A stretch of 43,651 nt of DNA. Source: an uncultured Dehalococcoidia bacterium. GTDB lineage: Bacteria > Chloroflexota > Dehalococcoidia > Lucifugimonadales > UBA3495. The stretch is taken from NCBI GenBank assembly GCA_950072105.1, contig CATMOE010000029.1:1-43651 (forward strand). The letters are read 5' to 3'. Positions within the stretch are counted from its first letter, which is position 1. The number at the start of each line of letters is the position of its first letter. The position numbers and the translations under genes were made by a program. The notes below the pieces were generated by a model. That model made no database searches, was not told where the DNA came from, and was given only the letters and a program-made list of their open reading frames with translations. This document shows, piece by piece, positions 7,639 to 18,210 of the stretch.

Positions 7639-10128
7639 CTAGAGGACATGGACTGGGTCCACGTCCACCGTGGTTCCAGAGGGGAAGCTGGTTCCTTCAA
7701 GAAACCGCTGTAGATCTGGCCCTCTAAGCACCATATGCCACCGGAAGCGGCCTCGGAGACGGGAAGGCATACCGGGCGCCGGGCCAACAATCTCGATACC
7801 GGTTAGACCTTGAGCGTAGGCTTTCTGCCGCAGCAATTCGGCGGCGGCCGTGGCGTTGCGCTGGCAGACGCTCTCGCTGGAGTTTTGAAATACCAGATGC
7901 GCCAAACTGTTGAATGGGGGATTGCCTAACTGCCGGCGGAAGGCGATCTCTTGCTCGTAAAGGGACACATAGTCCTGCTTTGCCGCTGCGGCGATGGCGT
8001 AATGTTCGGGGCTGTATGTCTGGATGAATACCCTTCCCGGTGCTTGACCGCGTCCCGCCCGGCCGGCCACCTGGCATAGCAGTCCGAACGACCTTTCGCC
8101 GGACCGAAAATCGGGCAGATGTAGGCCAACGTCGGCCAAGATAACTCCCACCAAGGTTACGTTGGCAACGTCTAATCCTTTGGCCACGACCTGTGTGCCC
8201 ACCAGGACTTGAATCTCGCCGGACTGGAATCCGCGCATGGTTTCGCCGGGATCAAGTCCGCCGCGGGCCGTGTCCGAGTCCCACCGCTGGACTCGGACCC
8301 CCGGCAACATCGCGGTAACCTCGTCCACCACCCTCTGAGTCCCGATTCCCAGTTGACGTATGTGGGAACTGCCGCACTCCCGGCACTGCCGAGGGACCCG
8401 GCTCCGGCGGTTACACCGGTGGCACATCAATCGTGGTTCGGCTGATGGGGCTGCTGATGAGTCCTCGGACGTGCTCATCGAGTGATACGCCAGGGGGACC
8501 GAACAGCGGCTACAGTTCACGACTTTTCCGCAGTCCCGGCACTGGACTATGGGGGCGCTGCCCCGGCGATTCAGGAACAAGATCGCCTGTTGTCCCTTGC
8601 GGACGCATTCCCGGAGACCTTGCGCCAAGCTTCGGCTGAATATGCCGCGATTACCGTCCCGCAATTCCTGGCGCATATCCTTAATCTCAACCCGCGCCAA
8701 TTCCGCCGTGCGGCCCGGAGACTCCTCGCCGATGCGGTGGGGTAACTCCAGAAGTTGGTGACGCCTAAACTGGGCGTCACGGGCAAAGTAGTAGGTCTCC
8801 ACATCCGGTGTGGCGCTGCCTAACACCACCACCGCTCCGGTGAGTTGGGATAGTTCTGCCGCGACGGTCCTGGCATGGTACAGAGGTTGGGCCTCTTCTT
8901 GCTTGTAGGTCCATTCGTGCTCTTCATCCAGCACGATCAGCCCAAGCCGGGGCACCGGCGCGAAAAGGGCGCTGCGAGGACCCACCACCACATCGTATTC
9001 GCCCGACTGAATCTTCCACCACTGGTCGAATTTTTGCCTCGGTGTCAAACGGCTGTGAAGAAGGGCCACCCTCCCCGGAAACCGGGAGCCAACCCGGTCC
9101 AACGTCTGAGGCGTGAGCGAGATTTCCGGCACCAGGAATATCGCTTGCTGGCCCCGGTCCACCACGTTCTGAATCGCTTGTAGGTATACCTCGGTCTTGC
9201 CGCTGCCGGTGACTCCATGCAGCAGAAAGCTGCGAGGGGGCCGGGCCGGGTCGTCTAGGGCCCGGGTGATGCAGACCAGCGCGTTCTTTTGCGCCGGAGT
9301 CAATATCAATCTCGAGCCCGGTTGAGACCGCTCTACCTGGGCGGCGGGAGTTGACTCTGTTCTGATCCACTCCAGCCCCGCCAGACCTTTCTCCACCAAG
9401 GCGTTCCCCACGCCCCGGCCGAACTCCTTGTTGGCCAGCGAGATTGGGTAACCTCGTTGGGCTGACCGGACCGCTTGCAACAGATTCGATTGCCGCTGCG
9501 GTAGCCCGCCGGGTGTTTCCGGCCATTCCTGTTGGGGGTCAGGCTTTCCGATGGCGAACAGGTTGCAGGAATGGCGGGGGGAAAGGCCCGGCGCGGGCAG
9601 GTCCACCCTGCGCGACAACAGACCATTGTCGATGAGGCGGGCCAGCTCCCGCTCGCCGCCCCGGCCCAGCAACTTAACAAAGTCCGTCTCTTTCACGCGG
9701 GAGTCACCCGTTAGTGATAGCAGCGCCTCCCGGGTCTCAGGACGCAGGGACTCCAAGCGGTCATCTTCCCCGATTCTTGGCATTTCGGCGGCAAATACTT
9801 GAGAGCGCACCTGGGTTTCGAAGCCGGGCGGCAGCATTAGAGAGACGGCGCTGAAGAGGGAGCAGAGGTAATATTCGCTCAGCCAGCGGGCCAATTCCAT
9901 GTGGACCTCGTCCACCAAGGGGCTCGGCTCTATGGGCGCCAGGATATCCCGGGTTTCTTCTACCTGGGAGGTTGCCGCCAATTCGGTCACGATTCCTTGA
10001 GTGAGGCGGCTACCGAAGGGTACCCACACCATCTGGCCGGGCTCAAGCGAGTATCGGGGAGGGATGCTGTAGGAGAAAGTCCTTGAATGGCCGACCGGGG
10101 CATCGACCGCGACTTCCGCGTATCTCAT
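7639..10128 (-). CDS. priA: Primosomal protein N' (replication restart helicase)
   Basis: GVTGSGKTEVY, LVPEISLTPQ, DEEHE, SATP, four CxxC pairs and QVAGRAGR. Confidence 0.97.
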   Translation of the reverse strand: MRYAEVAVDAPVGHSRTFSYSIPPRYSLEPGQMVWVPFGSRLTQGIVTELAATSQVEETRDILAPIEPSPLVDEVHMELARWLSEYYLCSLFSAVSLMLPPGFETQVRSQVFAAEMPRIGEDDRLESLRPETREALLSLTGDSRVKETDFVKLLGRGGERELARLIDNGLLSRRVDLPAPGLSPRHSCNLFAIGKPDPQQEWPETPGGLPQRQSNLLQAVRSAQRGYPISLANKEFGRGVGNALVEKGLAGLEWIRTESTPAAQVERSQPGSRLILTPAQKNALVCITRALDDPARPPRSFLLHGVTGSGKTEVYLQAIQNVVDRGQQAIFLVPEISLTPQTLDRVGSRFPGRVALLHSRLTPRQKFDQWWKIQSGEYDVVVGPRSALFAPVPRLGLIVLDEEHEWTYKQEEAQPLYHARTVAAELSQLTGAVVVLGSATPDVETYYFARDAQFRRHQLLELPHRIGEESPGRTAELARVEIKDMRQELRDGNRGIFSRSLAQGLRECVRKGQQAILFLNRRGSAPIVQCRDCGKVVNCSRCSVPLAYHSMSTSEDSSAAPSAEPRLMCHRCNRRSRVPRQCRECGSSHIRQLGIGTQRVVDEVTAMLPGVRVQRWDSDTARGGLDPGETMRGFQSGEIQVLVGTQVVAKGLDVANVTLVGVILADVGLHLPDFRSGERSFGLLCQVAGRAGRGQAPGRVFIQTYSPEHYAIAAAAKQDYVSLYEQEIAFRRQLGNPPFNSLAHLVFQNSSESVCQRNATAAAELLRQKAYAQGLTGIEIVGPAPGMPSRLRGRFRWHMVLRGPDLQRFLEGTSFPSGTTVDVDPVHVL

Positions 10129-10235
10129 GCCAAAAAACTATCCGGAAGATTTACGAAACCTGGATGGACGCGGCGCCCATCCTGACGAGAGCGCCGTAGG
10201 CCGTAGACAGAATACCGGGCCGGAACTGTTTTTTC

Positions 10236-10610
10236 CTAAGTGTTCGTCTGGGTCCGCGCTCGTCTGGGCAAAGTCTTCTCTTTGATTCGGGCCGCTCGGC
10301 CCTGGAGACCGCGCAGGTAGTAAAGCTTGGCCCGCCTTACGCTGCCTCGCCGGGTTACTTCCAAGGATTCGATCAGCGGGGAAAAGAAGGGAAAGATTCG
10401 CTCGATACCGATACCGGCGGAGATTCTTCGAACGGTGAAGTTGGCGGCTGGGCTATTCCCATTCGACAGACGGATGACAACCCCCTGGAATGCTTGGATA
10501 CGTTCACGATCCCCTTCCCGGATGCGGAAGTTGACTCGTACACTATCACCAGGACCAAAGGCCGGAATATTGGGGTTGGCATCGACTTTTACAATCTGAG
10601 CAGGTTCCAT
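10236..10610 (-). CDS. rplS: 50S ribosomal protein L19
   Basis: [36 protein letters not shown] and [10 protein letters not shown]. Confidence 0.97.
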   Translation of the reverse strand: MEPAQIVKVDANPNIPAFGPGDSVRVNFRIREGDRERIQAFQGVVIRLSNGNSPAANFTVRRISAGIGIERIFPFFSPLIESLEVTRRGSVRRAKLYYLRGLQGRAARIKEKTLPRRARTQTNT

Positions 10611-10934
10611 GATATATATCGCCTACGTTGAGATTCGATTTAGGGTCCCGCGCCGGGGAGTTCGACTTACTAGAATAGCATAACACTGGGTTGTTTGGTA
10701 AGCCGCGCGGAGGCGGATTTTAGCGTCTGATCGATTCAATGATTGCCTACCGGGTTACATCCCCGCGATGGAATATAACGTCCGTCCCCTCGAATTTACG
10801 CCGCCGGGGGTACAGGCAAAAAGGTATGTTCCTAGATATGCGCCGGCATCGGAGTAAATCGTGCGGGAAGATGCCGCATCTAAGAGACGAAACGTGGAAA
10901 TTGGAATCCTAATTTTTCTTCTGGAGTGCCCTAG

Positions 10935-12340
10935 ATGAAGTTGAAACGCAACTGGGCGTTGGGAATCATGTCCACCGTCTTAGTCTTTGTATTGGCCGGC
11001 TGCGGAGGGGATAGCACATCAACTCCCCCTCCTGCGTCCCAAGCAGATCCGGTTTTCCCCACGGTGGCCGCGCAACCGGCAACATTGGCTCCTACCGATG
11101 TTCCGGTGGCTAAGGAGGCGGCAACCGCCACGAGCGCGCCGACTGCCGTAAAAACCACTCCCGTTTCCTCTGATGCCCCATCCGAGCTTGGCAAGGGCGA
11201 ATCAAAGCAGGGATCTGAGGCTGAGGGAAGCAATGCGAACCGCCCACTCGTGGCGGCTGACCCGGGATATCGCGAGGAGTTGAGCTCTTCGGGCCTAAGG
11301 ACCGGTGGTTGGGAGACGGACTTCAGCTTCCACACGGTGCCCTTCGACTCCATACTGTCCGGGGGGCCGCCCCGGGACGGCATTCCCCCGATAGACAACC
11401 CTACATTCGTCGAGATCAAAGATGCTGACGAGTGGCTGGAAACCCTGGAACCGGTCGTGTCATTCGAGCTGAACGGCGACGCCAGGGCCTACCCTCTGCA
11501 GATACTGATGTGGCATGAGATCGTGAACGATACCGTAGGCGGCGCTCCGGTGTCGGTGACCTTCTGCCCCCTCTGCAACTCGGCCATCGTCTTCGACAGA
11601 AATATTAATGATCTGGTGCTCACGTTCGGGACATCGGGCATGCTACGGAAGAGCGACCTTATAATGTGGGACCGGCAGACCGAGACCTGGTGGCAGCAGC
11701 TAACCGGTGAGGGGATAATCGGGCAACTGGCCGGACACAAGCTGACCTTCATCCCGGCTCAGATCATCTCCTGGGAAGACTTCAAGGCAGCCAATCCAAA
11801 AGGCCAGGGCTATCCCGGGATACGGGTTTGGGCCGTCGCTACGGTCAAAATCCCTACGCCGGATACGACCGGGTAGATAATCCACCTTTCTTGTTCGACG
11901 GTGCCATCGACGGCCGTTTGCTTCCCAAAGAGCGAGTCGTAACGGTCACTATCAGTGACGTTGAGGCGGCATTCCCTTTCTCGGTGCTGGCCAAAGAGGG
12001 AACCATCAACTACAACCAACTACAACGTCGGCGGTACGGGTCTGCCGTCTTCTTCAAACCCGGCACCCGTTCTGCCCTGGACTCCGGTAATATCGCCGAT
12101 TCCAATAAGATCGGGGCGGCCGGGCTCTTTGAGGCCACCCTTGAAGGAACCAAATATATCTTCAAGAACGAAGGCGACAAAATTGTGGACAACGAGACCG
12201 GCAGTGTTTGGAGTATCCAAGGTGAGGCCGTCGAGGGACCCTTGGCCGGAAAGAAGCTGACACCGGTGGTCCACACCAACTCGTTCTGGTTCGCCGTCGC
12301 CGCTTTCAAACCCGACACCAAGATATACCAAGGCAAATAG
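10935..12340 (+). pseudogene. DUF3179-family lipoprotein, frameshifted near 11808
   Basis: Lipobox LAGC; SGGPPRDGIP, AYPLQILMWHEIVND, TFCPLCNS and WDRQTETWWQQ. The family-like continuation LSRDTGLGRRYGQNPYAGYD...FWFA is in a different frame (ORF 11828-12340). Confidence 0.8.
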
Positions 12341-12346
12341 AGATTT

Positions 12347-12415
12347 CCTCACCCAATCCCCGATTCCTTCAGGGCCACCCCTCTCCTTCTGGGAGAGGGG
12401 CCGGGGGATGAGGGC
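12347..12415. repeat. CCCTCTCC/GGAGAGGG-type palindromic intergenic repeat (copy 1)
   Basis: CCTCACCC... followed by hairpin CCCCTCTCC-TTCTG-GGAGAGGGG and tail CCGGGGGATGAGGG. Related copies at 20911 and 33055. Confidence 0.8.
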
Positions 12416-13408
12416 CTACCGCCCCAACCCAGGAAATATGACATCTCTAAAAACCCGCACTTCCGGGAAGGGCATATCGTACCCGCTGGCCACCGTATGC
12501 GAAGGAAAGATAAACACGTGGTTAACTCCGGCTTCCTCCTGCGCCCGCTGGAGCCTGCTCAAACATTTTTGGGGTGAGCCGAACAAGCCGAAGGCATCGC
12601 AGATCTGCCGGGCCAGATCGTCGCCGATCTGCTCGGGTTGAACGTTGTCAGGAAGGTCGATACCCGCTTCTCTCAGCCAATGCAGGTTGGCACTGCTGGG
12701 GTAGGTTAGGAAGGGTAATCCACGGCGCAGCCAGCGTTGGGGCCAGCGAAAAGCCTCTAGGCCCTCCTCATCTAAGGCCATCGGAGTGATAAATATCGTG
12801 TGGAAGTTTTCCAGAGTACGTCCAACCCTTGCCGCTCCGGCTTCGAGACGCTCTCGGGCCGCGGCGATGGCCTGAGGGTGTAGCCCTACCAGCAGAAGCG
12901 CGCCGTCGGCAACCTCTCCGGCAAGTTCCACCATTCTGGGACCAGCGGCGGTCATGTAAACCGGCGTCGGCGGGCTACTGGTGTTTCTCAGACTCGTTTC
13001 AGTCCCGTTGAAGGTCACAGTTTCACCGGCCAGCAGGCTCCGGATAGTCAATATTGTTCGGCGCATCGTTTCCACCGAGGCTCGGGGACGGCCGATGTTG
13101 CCAACCGACAGGAAGCCAGGCGCGATGGTCAACCGGATCCTTCCCGGCGCCAACTCCTCCAGAGTGTGGCTCAACGACGCCAACACGCTGGGATGGCGAG
13201 TAACCGGGTTTGACGTGGCCGGATACAGATTCAGCGTGGAAGTACGCTCCGCCGCCAAAGCCAGGGTTAGGTACACGTCCCTTCCACTGTGCTGATGGTC
13301 GTGGACCCCCACGCCGTCGAAGCCGGCGTCTTCGCAACCGGCAATAAAGTCCGCAGTCTCCTTCACCGGAAGACCAACCGGAACGCGGATGTCCACTTGT
13401 ACAGGCAT
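12416..13408 (-). CDS. Luciferase-like monooxygenase (LLM) class flavin-dependent oxidoreductase, Mer-like
   Basis: AGFDGVGVHD, LAAERTS, NPVTRHP, LAPGR and AAGPRMVELAGEVADG. Confidence 0.88.
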   Translation of the reverse strand: MPVQVDIRVPVGLPVKETADFIAGCEDAGFDGVGVHDHQHSGRDVYLTLALAAERTSTLNLYPATSNPVTRHPSVLASLSHTLEELAPGRIRLTIAPGFLSVGNIGRPRASVETMRRTILTIRSLLAGETVTFNGTETSLRNTSSPPTPVYMTAAGPRMVELAGEVADGALLLVGLHPQAIAAARERLEAGAARVGRTLENFHTIFITPMALDEEGLEAFRWPQRWLRRGLPFLTYPSSANLHWLREAGIDLPDNVQPEQIGDDLARQICDAFGLFGSPQKCLSRLQRAQEEAGVNHVFIFPSHTVASGYDMPFPEVRVFRDVIFPGLGR

Positions 13409-13591
13409 ATGTCTTCCCCTAGCTCCGGTTAATCACCGGGCGCTCTATCGCAAATCTTGATACAGTGCCGAGTATAATCCGCCAGGCCACCAACACCCAA
13501 TCGGGCATCCGATTTGATTGACTTTGAGGGCATTGGGGGAATTAAATAAGACCCTTCCTAATAACTATTCCCTACACCGATGGAGGCAGTC

Positions 13592-14431
13592 ATGGTCAGC
13601 AGCCAGACAGACTTATTGATCCAAATCGTGAATAACGAAGCAACCCGGTTGGGCGACTTTCTGACCGGGCTTGACGAGCAGATGTGGACCCGTGATAGCG
13701 CCTGCGAAAGTTGGGTTATCGGCGACGTGGTTGCCCACTTGGCGGCGGGTGCCGCCACTTGGGCCAACTCCATCACCCGGGCAGTGGCTGGAGACTCAGG
13801 CCCGCCAGAGGGGCAGGATTTTTTGGGCCCCGGAGATCGCGGCTCAGAAACCATCGGGCAAACCGCCCGGGATTCCCATCAGCGAGTTGGAATGGGGCTT
13901 ATGGAGAACTTCCGCTCTGGATACGCTGGCTTGGCACAGGTGCTAGCCGGTCTCAAGGCCGATGATTGGGACAAACCCTGCTTTCACCGCCGCAGCCCCA
14001 TGCCGATCATGGATTTTGTGTCCCTTAGGCTACAGGAACTGGCGATTCATGGTTGGGACATTCGCTCCGGACTGGATCAAAACGCGACGGTGTCTGAGGA
14101 AGCATTGTCGGTGCTGGCGGGCCGGGTGGCCCGATGGCTGGGCTTCGCATTCGAGCCCGGCCTAGATCTGCCGACCCCGGTAAGGTATCGCTTTGACATT
14201 TCGAGTCCCGTGGCGGTCCAGGAGGACGTTGTGGTCACCCATGACGCATACTCCATCCAATCTTCCGGCCGAGGCGTCGCCGACGTCACTTTCCGATGCG
14301 ACACCGGAAACTACATCCTCTTGATCTACGGCCGGATGGCTCCTAGTCACGGCGTCGCCACCGGCCGTCTAACCATCGAAGGGTCGCAGAAAGAGGCAGA
14401 CAACTTCACCGCTTGGTTCAAGGGATTCTAA
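13592..14431 (+). CDS. Maleylpyruvate isomerase family (DinB-like MDMPI) protein with C-terminal SCP2-like domain
   Basis: W...SACESWVIGDVVAHL and ELAIHGWDIR metal ligands. Start placed at the ATG after GGAGG (13592). Confidence 0.85.
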   Translation: MVSSQTDLLIQIVNNEATRLGDFLTGLDEQMWTRDSACESWVIGDVVAHLAAGAATWANSITRAVAGDSGPPEGQDFLGPGDRGSETIGQTARDSHQRVGMGLMENFRSGYAGLAQVLAGLKADDWDKPCFHRRSPMPIMDFVSLRLQELAIHGWDIRSGLDQNATVSEEALSVLAGRVARWLGFAFEPGLDLPTPVRYRFDISSPVAVQEDVVVTHDAYSIQSSGRGVADVTFRCDTGNYILLIYGRMAPSHGVATGRLTIEGSQKEADNFTAWFKGF

Positions 14432-14444
14432 AAGCCCCTGATTA

Positions 14445-14522
14445 GCCACAGAGCCACAGAGAACACTAAGTTTTTTTAAATTTCTCACATAAATTCTTTG
14501 TGACCTCTGTGTTCTCTGTGGC
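14445..14522. repeat. CACAGAG/CTCTGTG inverted-repeat element with AT-rich core
   Basis: GCCACAGAGCCACAGAGAACACTAAG ... CTTTGTGACCTCTGTGTTCTCTGTGGC, between convergent genes. Confidence 0.85.
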
Positions 14523-14541
14523 AATTTCGTCCTCCCCGCCT

Positions 14542-14934
14542 TCAGCCGATAACCGCTATCGCCTCCACCTCCACCACCAACTCCGGGTCGGCCAGGCCGG
14601 CCACTATCACGGTGGTGCTGGTGGGGCGTCCTTCCGGCGGCTGTGCTTTCGCCCGGCCCGCCCGCACCCCGGCCATGTTCTCCCTTCCAACCACGTAGGT
14701 ATTGGTCTTGACGATGTCGGCCAGCGTTCCCCCGGCGGCCTTGACAGCCGCTTCCAGGTTCGCCCAGGCCTGGATCGTCTGGGCTTCAGCGTCGCCGACG
14801 TGGATGGGCTTCCCGTTGACGTCACGGGAGAGCTGCCCGGCGATGTAGACGGTGTTCCCCACCTTGACCACGTGGTGGTAGATGTTGTTGGGCGGAGTTC
14901 CCAGTTCCGGAGGATCGATAAATTCTTTCCGCAT
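14542..14934 (-). CDS. RidA/YjgF/UK114 family protein
   Basis: YHHVVKVGNTVYIAGQ, AAGGTLADIVK, RPTSTTV and LVVEVEAIAV. Start placed at the ATG after GGGGAGG. Confidence 0.9.
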   Translation of the reverse strand: MRKEFIDPPELGTPPNNIYHHVVKVGNTVYIAGQLSRDVNGKPIHVGDAEAQTIQAWANLEAAVKAAGGTLADIVKTNTYVVGRENMAGVRAGRAKAQPPEGRPTSTTVIVAGLADPELVVEVEAIAVIG

Positions 14935-15033
14935 TTCATGTACCTCCCCATAGAATTTGGAATAAGGCCGTGGCACTAAGTCTACTTGATGGAGGGAGCG
15001 GACCGGCCAAGGAATCTCCCTACAGGGGTGAGA

Positions 15034-15148
15034 CCCTTCGACAAGCTCAGGGCGAACGTTATCCGCGCGCTCTCCGTCCGTGGCGCCCCTTCCCGTTCGT
15101 GGTGAGCCTGTCGAACCACCCGTCTCAACCGGTGAGCATGTAGAACCA
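15034..15148. repeat. REPIN-like pair of TTCGACAAGCTCA-type repeats plus a degenerate third copy
   Basis: CCCTTCGACAAGCTCAGGGCGAACG (15034-15058) is inverted relative to CCGTTCGTGGTGAGCCTGTCGAACCA (15093-15118). Third copy GGTGAGCATGTAGAACCA at 15131-15148. Confidence 0.85.
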
Positions 15149-15165
15149 TAGCCCCGGCAGGCCGT

Positions 15166-16740
15166 CTACGTAGAAGAGCGGCCCCGCCGCAGCCCCCGGC
15201 CCGGCAAAGCGCCGGTGTTTTCACCTTGGTCGATGACCACCCGGCCATTGACGATCACGTAGTCTATGCCTACCGGATAGTGCTTGGGGTCCTCCTTGGT
15301 GGCGTGGGTCTTGACCGTGTCGGGGTTGAACAACACGATGTCGGCCTTGAATCCGTCCCGCAGCAGCCCCCGGTCGGGGATGCCCAGGCGCTGGGCCGGG
15401 AACGAGGTCATCTTACGGATGGCTTCCGGAAGCGATAGATGCTTCTCCGCACGCACGAACTCGGCCAGCACTATGGGAAAGCAACCGTAGGTCCTGGGGT
15501 TGGGATACTCGCCAAATAGGATGGCGTCGCTGGCGATCATGCCCATGGGGTGGGAAACGAAGGCCCAAAGAGTGTGGGGGTTGGTCCCTAAACCCACGGT
15601 TGAAATACCCAAGTTCTCCTCCACCAGCAGGTCGAACAGCGCGTCCACCGGGTCCTGGTTCCGCATGTCCGCGATATCGGTTAGCAACCGCCCGTCGTAT
15701 TGCCGGTTTTGGGGCTGAGTGAAGTTGGTGAGCCAGTTGTTCTCCAGGCGGTCCCTGGAGATCTCCCGTTTCATCCTGGCCCGGTCGTCCGCATCCTGCA
15801 GCGCCGCCATCAACCGTTCCGGTCCGCCGTCTTTGGCCCAGTGCGGCAGCCCGATGGCCACCATCGTGCCTGAATAAGGGTAAGTGTAGCAATCGAACGT
15901 AACGTCCAAACCCTCGTCCCGGGCGTTCTCCACCAAACCGATGTAGTCCAGATGGCTTCCCACTCCCTGGGCGCTCTGGCGATAGTGGGTCAGGTGGATG
16001 GGACAGCCGCTGCGCCGGCCGATCTCCAGCGCCTCCTCCCAGGGCGCCATCAGCCCCTGAGACCGGAGGCTGGCTCTGGTGTGGGTGTGATAGATGCCGC
16101 CTAAGGATGCCGCTACCTGGGACAGGGCCGACAGCTCGGCGGTGTCCGCATAGGAGCCGGGTGGATAGTCCAGACCGGTGGACAGCCCATACGCCCCCTC
16201 TTCCATGGCCTCCCGGACGACCGCCTTCATGTCTTCCAACTCGGCGGCCGTCGCGGGCCGGTCGTTCCATCCCACGGACCATATGCGCACCGGGGAGTTG
16301 CCCAAGATATACGCCATGTTTATGGCGACCTGGTGATCGTACTTGCTCAGCAGATCGGCGACGGTCAGCCAGTCGGCGGGCATGGGCGGATAGCCGTTGA
16401 GACCCGAGTCTAGCCAGATGTACCGGTGCAACTCATCCTGAGTTTTGAAGGGCGCGTGGGAGATGCCGTCGATGCCCACCAACTCGGTCGTCACCCCCTG
16501 GCGCACCTTGGGGTCGTGGTGCGGCTCTCCCAGAATCGTCAGCCCGGCGTGGGAATGGACGTCGACAAAACCGGGACAGACCACGTAGCCCGTGCCATCT
16601 ATCACCCGCCCCGCCTCCAATTGGGATACGTCGCCCCGATGAATGGTGATCGAGTCGCCCGTCACCAGCACGGCAGCGTAAAACCCTGGGCTGCCGGAGC
16701 CGTCGATGATAAGGCCGTTTTTGATGATTAGGTCTGGCAT
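15166..16740 (-). CDS. N-acyl-D-amino-acid deacylase (D-aminoacylase) family amidohydrolase
   Basis: PGFVDVHSH, QGVTTE, GLSTGLDYPPG, HTH, ASD, PRTYGCFP and KMTSFPA. Start at MPDLIIK after AGGAG. Confidence 0.9.
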   Translation of the reverse strand: MPDLIIKNGLIIDGSGSPGFYAAVLVTGDSITIHRGDVSQLEAGRVIDGTGYVVCPGFVDVHSHAGLTILGEPHHDPKVRQGVTTELVGIDGISHAPFKTQDELHRYIWLDSGLNGYPPMPADWLTVADLLSKYDHQVAINMAYILGNSPVRIWSVGWNDRPATAAELEDMKAVVREAMEEGAYGLSTGLDYPPGSYADTAELSALSQVAASLGGIYHTHTRASLRSQGLMAPWEEALEIGRRSGCPIHLTHYRQSAQGVGSHLDYIGLVENARDEGLDVTFDCYTYPYSGTMVAIGLPHWAKDGGPERLMAALQDADDRARMKREISRDRLENNWLTNFTQPQNRQYDGRLLTDIADMRNQDPVDALFDLLVEENLGISTVGLGTNPHTLWAFVSHPMGMIASDAILFGEYPNPRTYGCFPIVLAEFVRAEKHLSLPEAIRKMTSFPAQRLGIPDRGLLRDGFKADIVLFNPDTVKTHATKEDPKHYPVGIDYVIVNGRVVIDQGENTGALPGRGLRRGRSST

Positions 16741-16898
16741 GGCATTCTCCTGAGTGTTGGCCTGGAGTGTCCCCCGCTTTATATCACCGCAACGTCGTGC
16801 CAGCAACCACGGATCACCCGCCAAACCAGATTTTGCCGGAGGCGCGTTCAGGGTATACTAGTCTCCGAAATCCTGGAAACATTGCCAGGAGGTGTGTC

Positions 16899-18167
16899 GT
16901 GGTCGCAGACGTTAGTAGTCTGGTGGATGGTGAACGCGGGCTGGTTAGCCGGCGGATATTCATCGAACAGGATATATACCAGCAAGAGTTGGAGCAAATC
17001 TTTGCCCGCTGCTGGCTGTTCCTTTGCCATGAAAGCCAGATACCCAAACCAGGCGACTTCTTCAGCACCTATATGGGCGAGGACCCGGTGCTGGTTATGC
17101 GGGACTCGGGCGGCAAGATCAATGCTTTCCTCAACATCTGCCGCCATCGTGGTAACCGTCTTTGCCGAGCCGACTCGGGTAACGCCTCCTCCTTCAGTTG
17201 CGCATATCACGGCTGGACCTATGGCAACGACGGACGCCTGATGGCGGTTCCCAACGAGCGGGACGCATATTACGGGGAGCTGGACCAGAGTCAGTGGAAT
17301 CTGGTTCCGGTGGCTCAACTGGACAGCTATAAAGGTTTGATCTTCGCCACTTTCGACCCTGACGCGCCGTCGCTACTTGACTACCTGGGTGAGATGGCCT
17401 GGTACCTGGACTGCTTCTTCGACCGCCGCGAAGGTGGGGTAGAGGTTGTGGGGGGAGTTCAAAAGTGGACGATTCCCGCCAACTGGAAGCTGCCTGCGGA
17501 GAACTTTGCCGGCGATGCTTACCATACGGCTTGGAGCCATCTTTCAGCCATCAGGACCGGGTTCGCCGGAGACTTCCGGGTTAACGCATCGACCCAAGGC
17601 GCTGTCCTCTCTCCGGGGAACGGACACTGTATCATCGCCCTGGGCCCCGAAGACGTGGCGGCGCCTCCGGAACCGGATATATTGGAGTATGAGAAACAGG
17701 TCCGAGCCGAGGTGCAGCAACGCCTAGGTGAACGCACCAGCAGGGTCAATCCCATAGTGGGCACTATGTTTCCCAACTTCTCCATGCTCCGGGCCGCCTC
17801 CTACACCTTTCGGGTTTGGCACCCCAAGGGGCCGGAGAAGACCGAAGTGTGGGCCTGGGTATTCGCCGATAAAGCGGCGCCGGACCACATAAAACAACAG
17901 TTGAGACTGGCCAGCATCCGGGGGTTCGGCCCCTCGGGTACCTTTGAGCAGGACGACATGGACAACTGGCAGGAGTGCACCCAGACTTGCCGCGGGGTGG
18001 TTTCCAGAAAGTTCGAATTGAATATGCAGATGGGACTGGGCCACGAAAGTTATGACGAAGAACTCAAGGCTTGGACCAGCGATTTCCGGCTGAGCGAAGC
18101 GAACCATCGCCGTTTCTACGGGCGTTGGGCGCAGGTCATGGGTGCCGACACTTGGCAGGGACTTTAG
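16899..18167 (+). CDS. Rieske aromatic ring-hydroxylating oxygenase, alpha subunit
   Basis: Rieske motif CRHRG...CAYHGW; mononuclear Fe motif NWKLPAENFAGDAYH-x4-H ... EQDD. GTG start after AGGAGG. Confidence 0.93.
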   Translation: MVADVSSLVDGERGLVSRRIFIEQDIYQQELEQIFARCWLFLCHESQIPKPGDFFSTYMGEDPVLVMRDSGGKINAFLNICRHRGNRLCRADSGNASSFSCAYHGWTYGNDGRLMAVPNERDAYYGELDQSQWNLVPVAQLDSYKGLIFATFDPDAPSLLDYLGEMAWYLDCFFDRREGGVEVVGGVQKWTIPANWKLPAENFAGDAYHTAWSHLSAIRTGFAGDFRVNASTQGAVLSPGNGHCIIALGPEDVAAPPEPDILEYEKQVRAEVQQRLGERTSRVNPIVGTMFPNFSMLRAASYTFRVWHPKGPEKTEVWAWVFADKAAPDHIKQQLRLASIRGFGPSGTFEQDDMDNWQECTQTCRGVVSRKFELNMQMGLGHESYDEELKAWTSDFRLSEANHRRFYGRWAQVMGADTWQGL

Positions 18168-18210
18168 ATTTCGGGTTGGGTTAGACTAGGCAAGCGGTTA
18201 GAATGTTCAA

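Noticed and set aside
11560..11582. DUF3179 CxxC motif as a second selenocysteine site
   Set aside because: Both residues in CPLC are TGC codons. There is no in-frame TGA, and the gene break is a frameshift.
15034..15148. CRISPR array
   Set aside because: The copies are inverted and degenerate, number only two or three, have no regular spacers, and there are no cas genes.
14982..15248. 88-aa ORF, and the 86-aa ORF at 20810-21070
   Set aside because: Segments such as FALSLSKG and VVSLSN are simply translations of the palindromic repeats.
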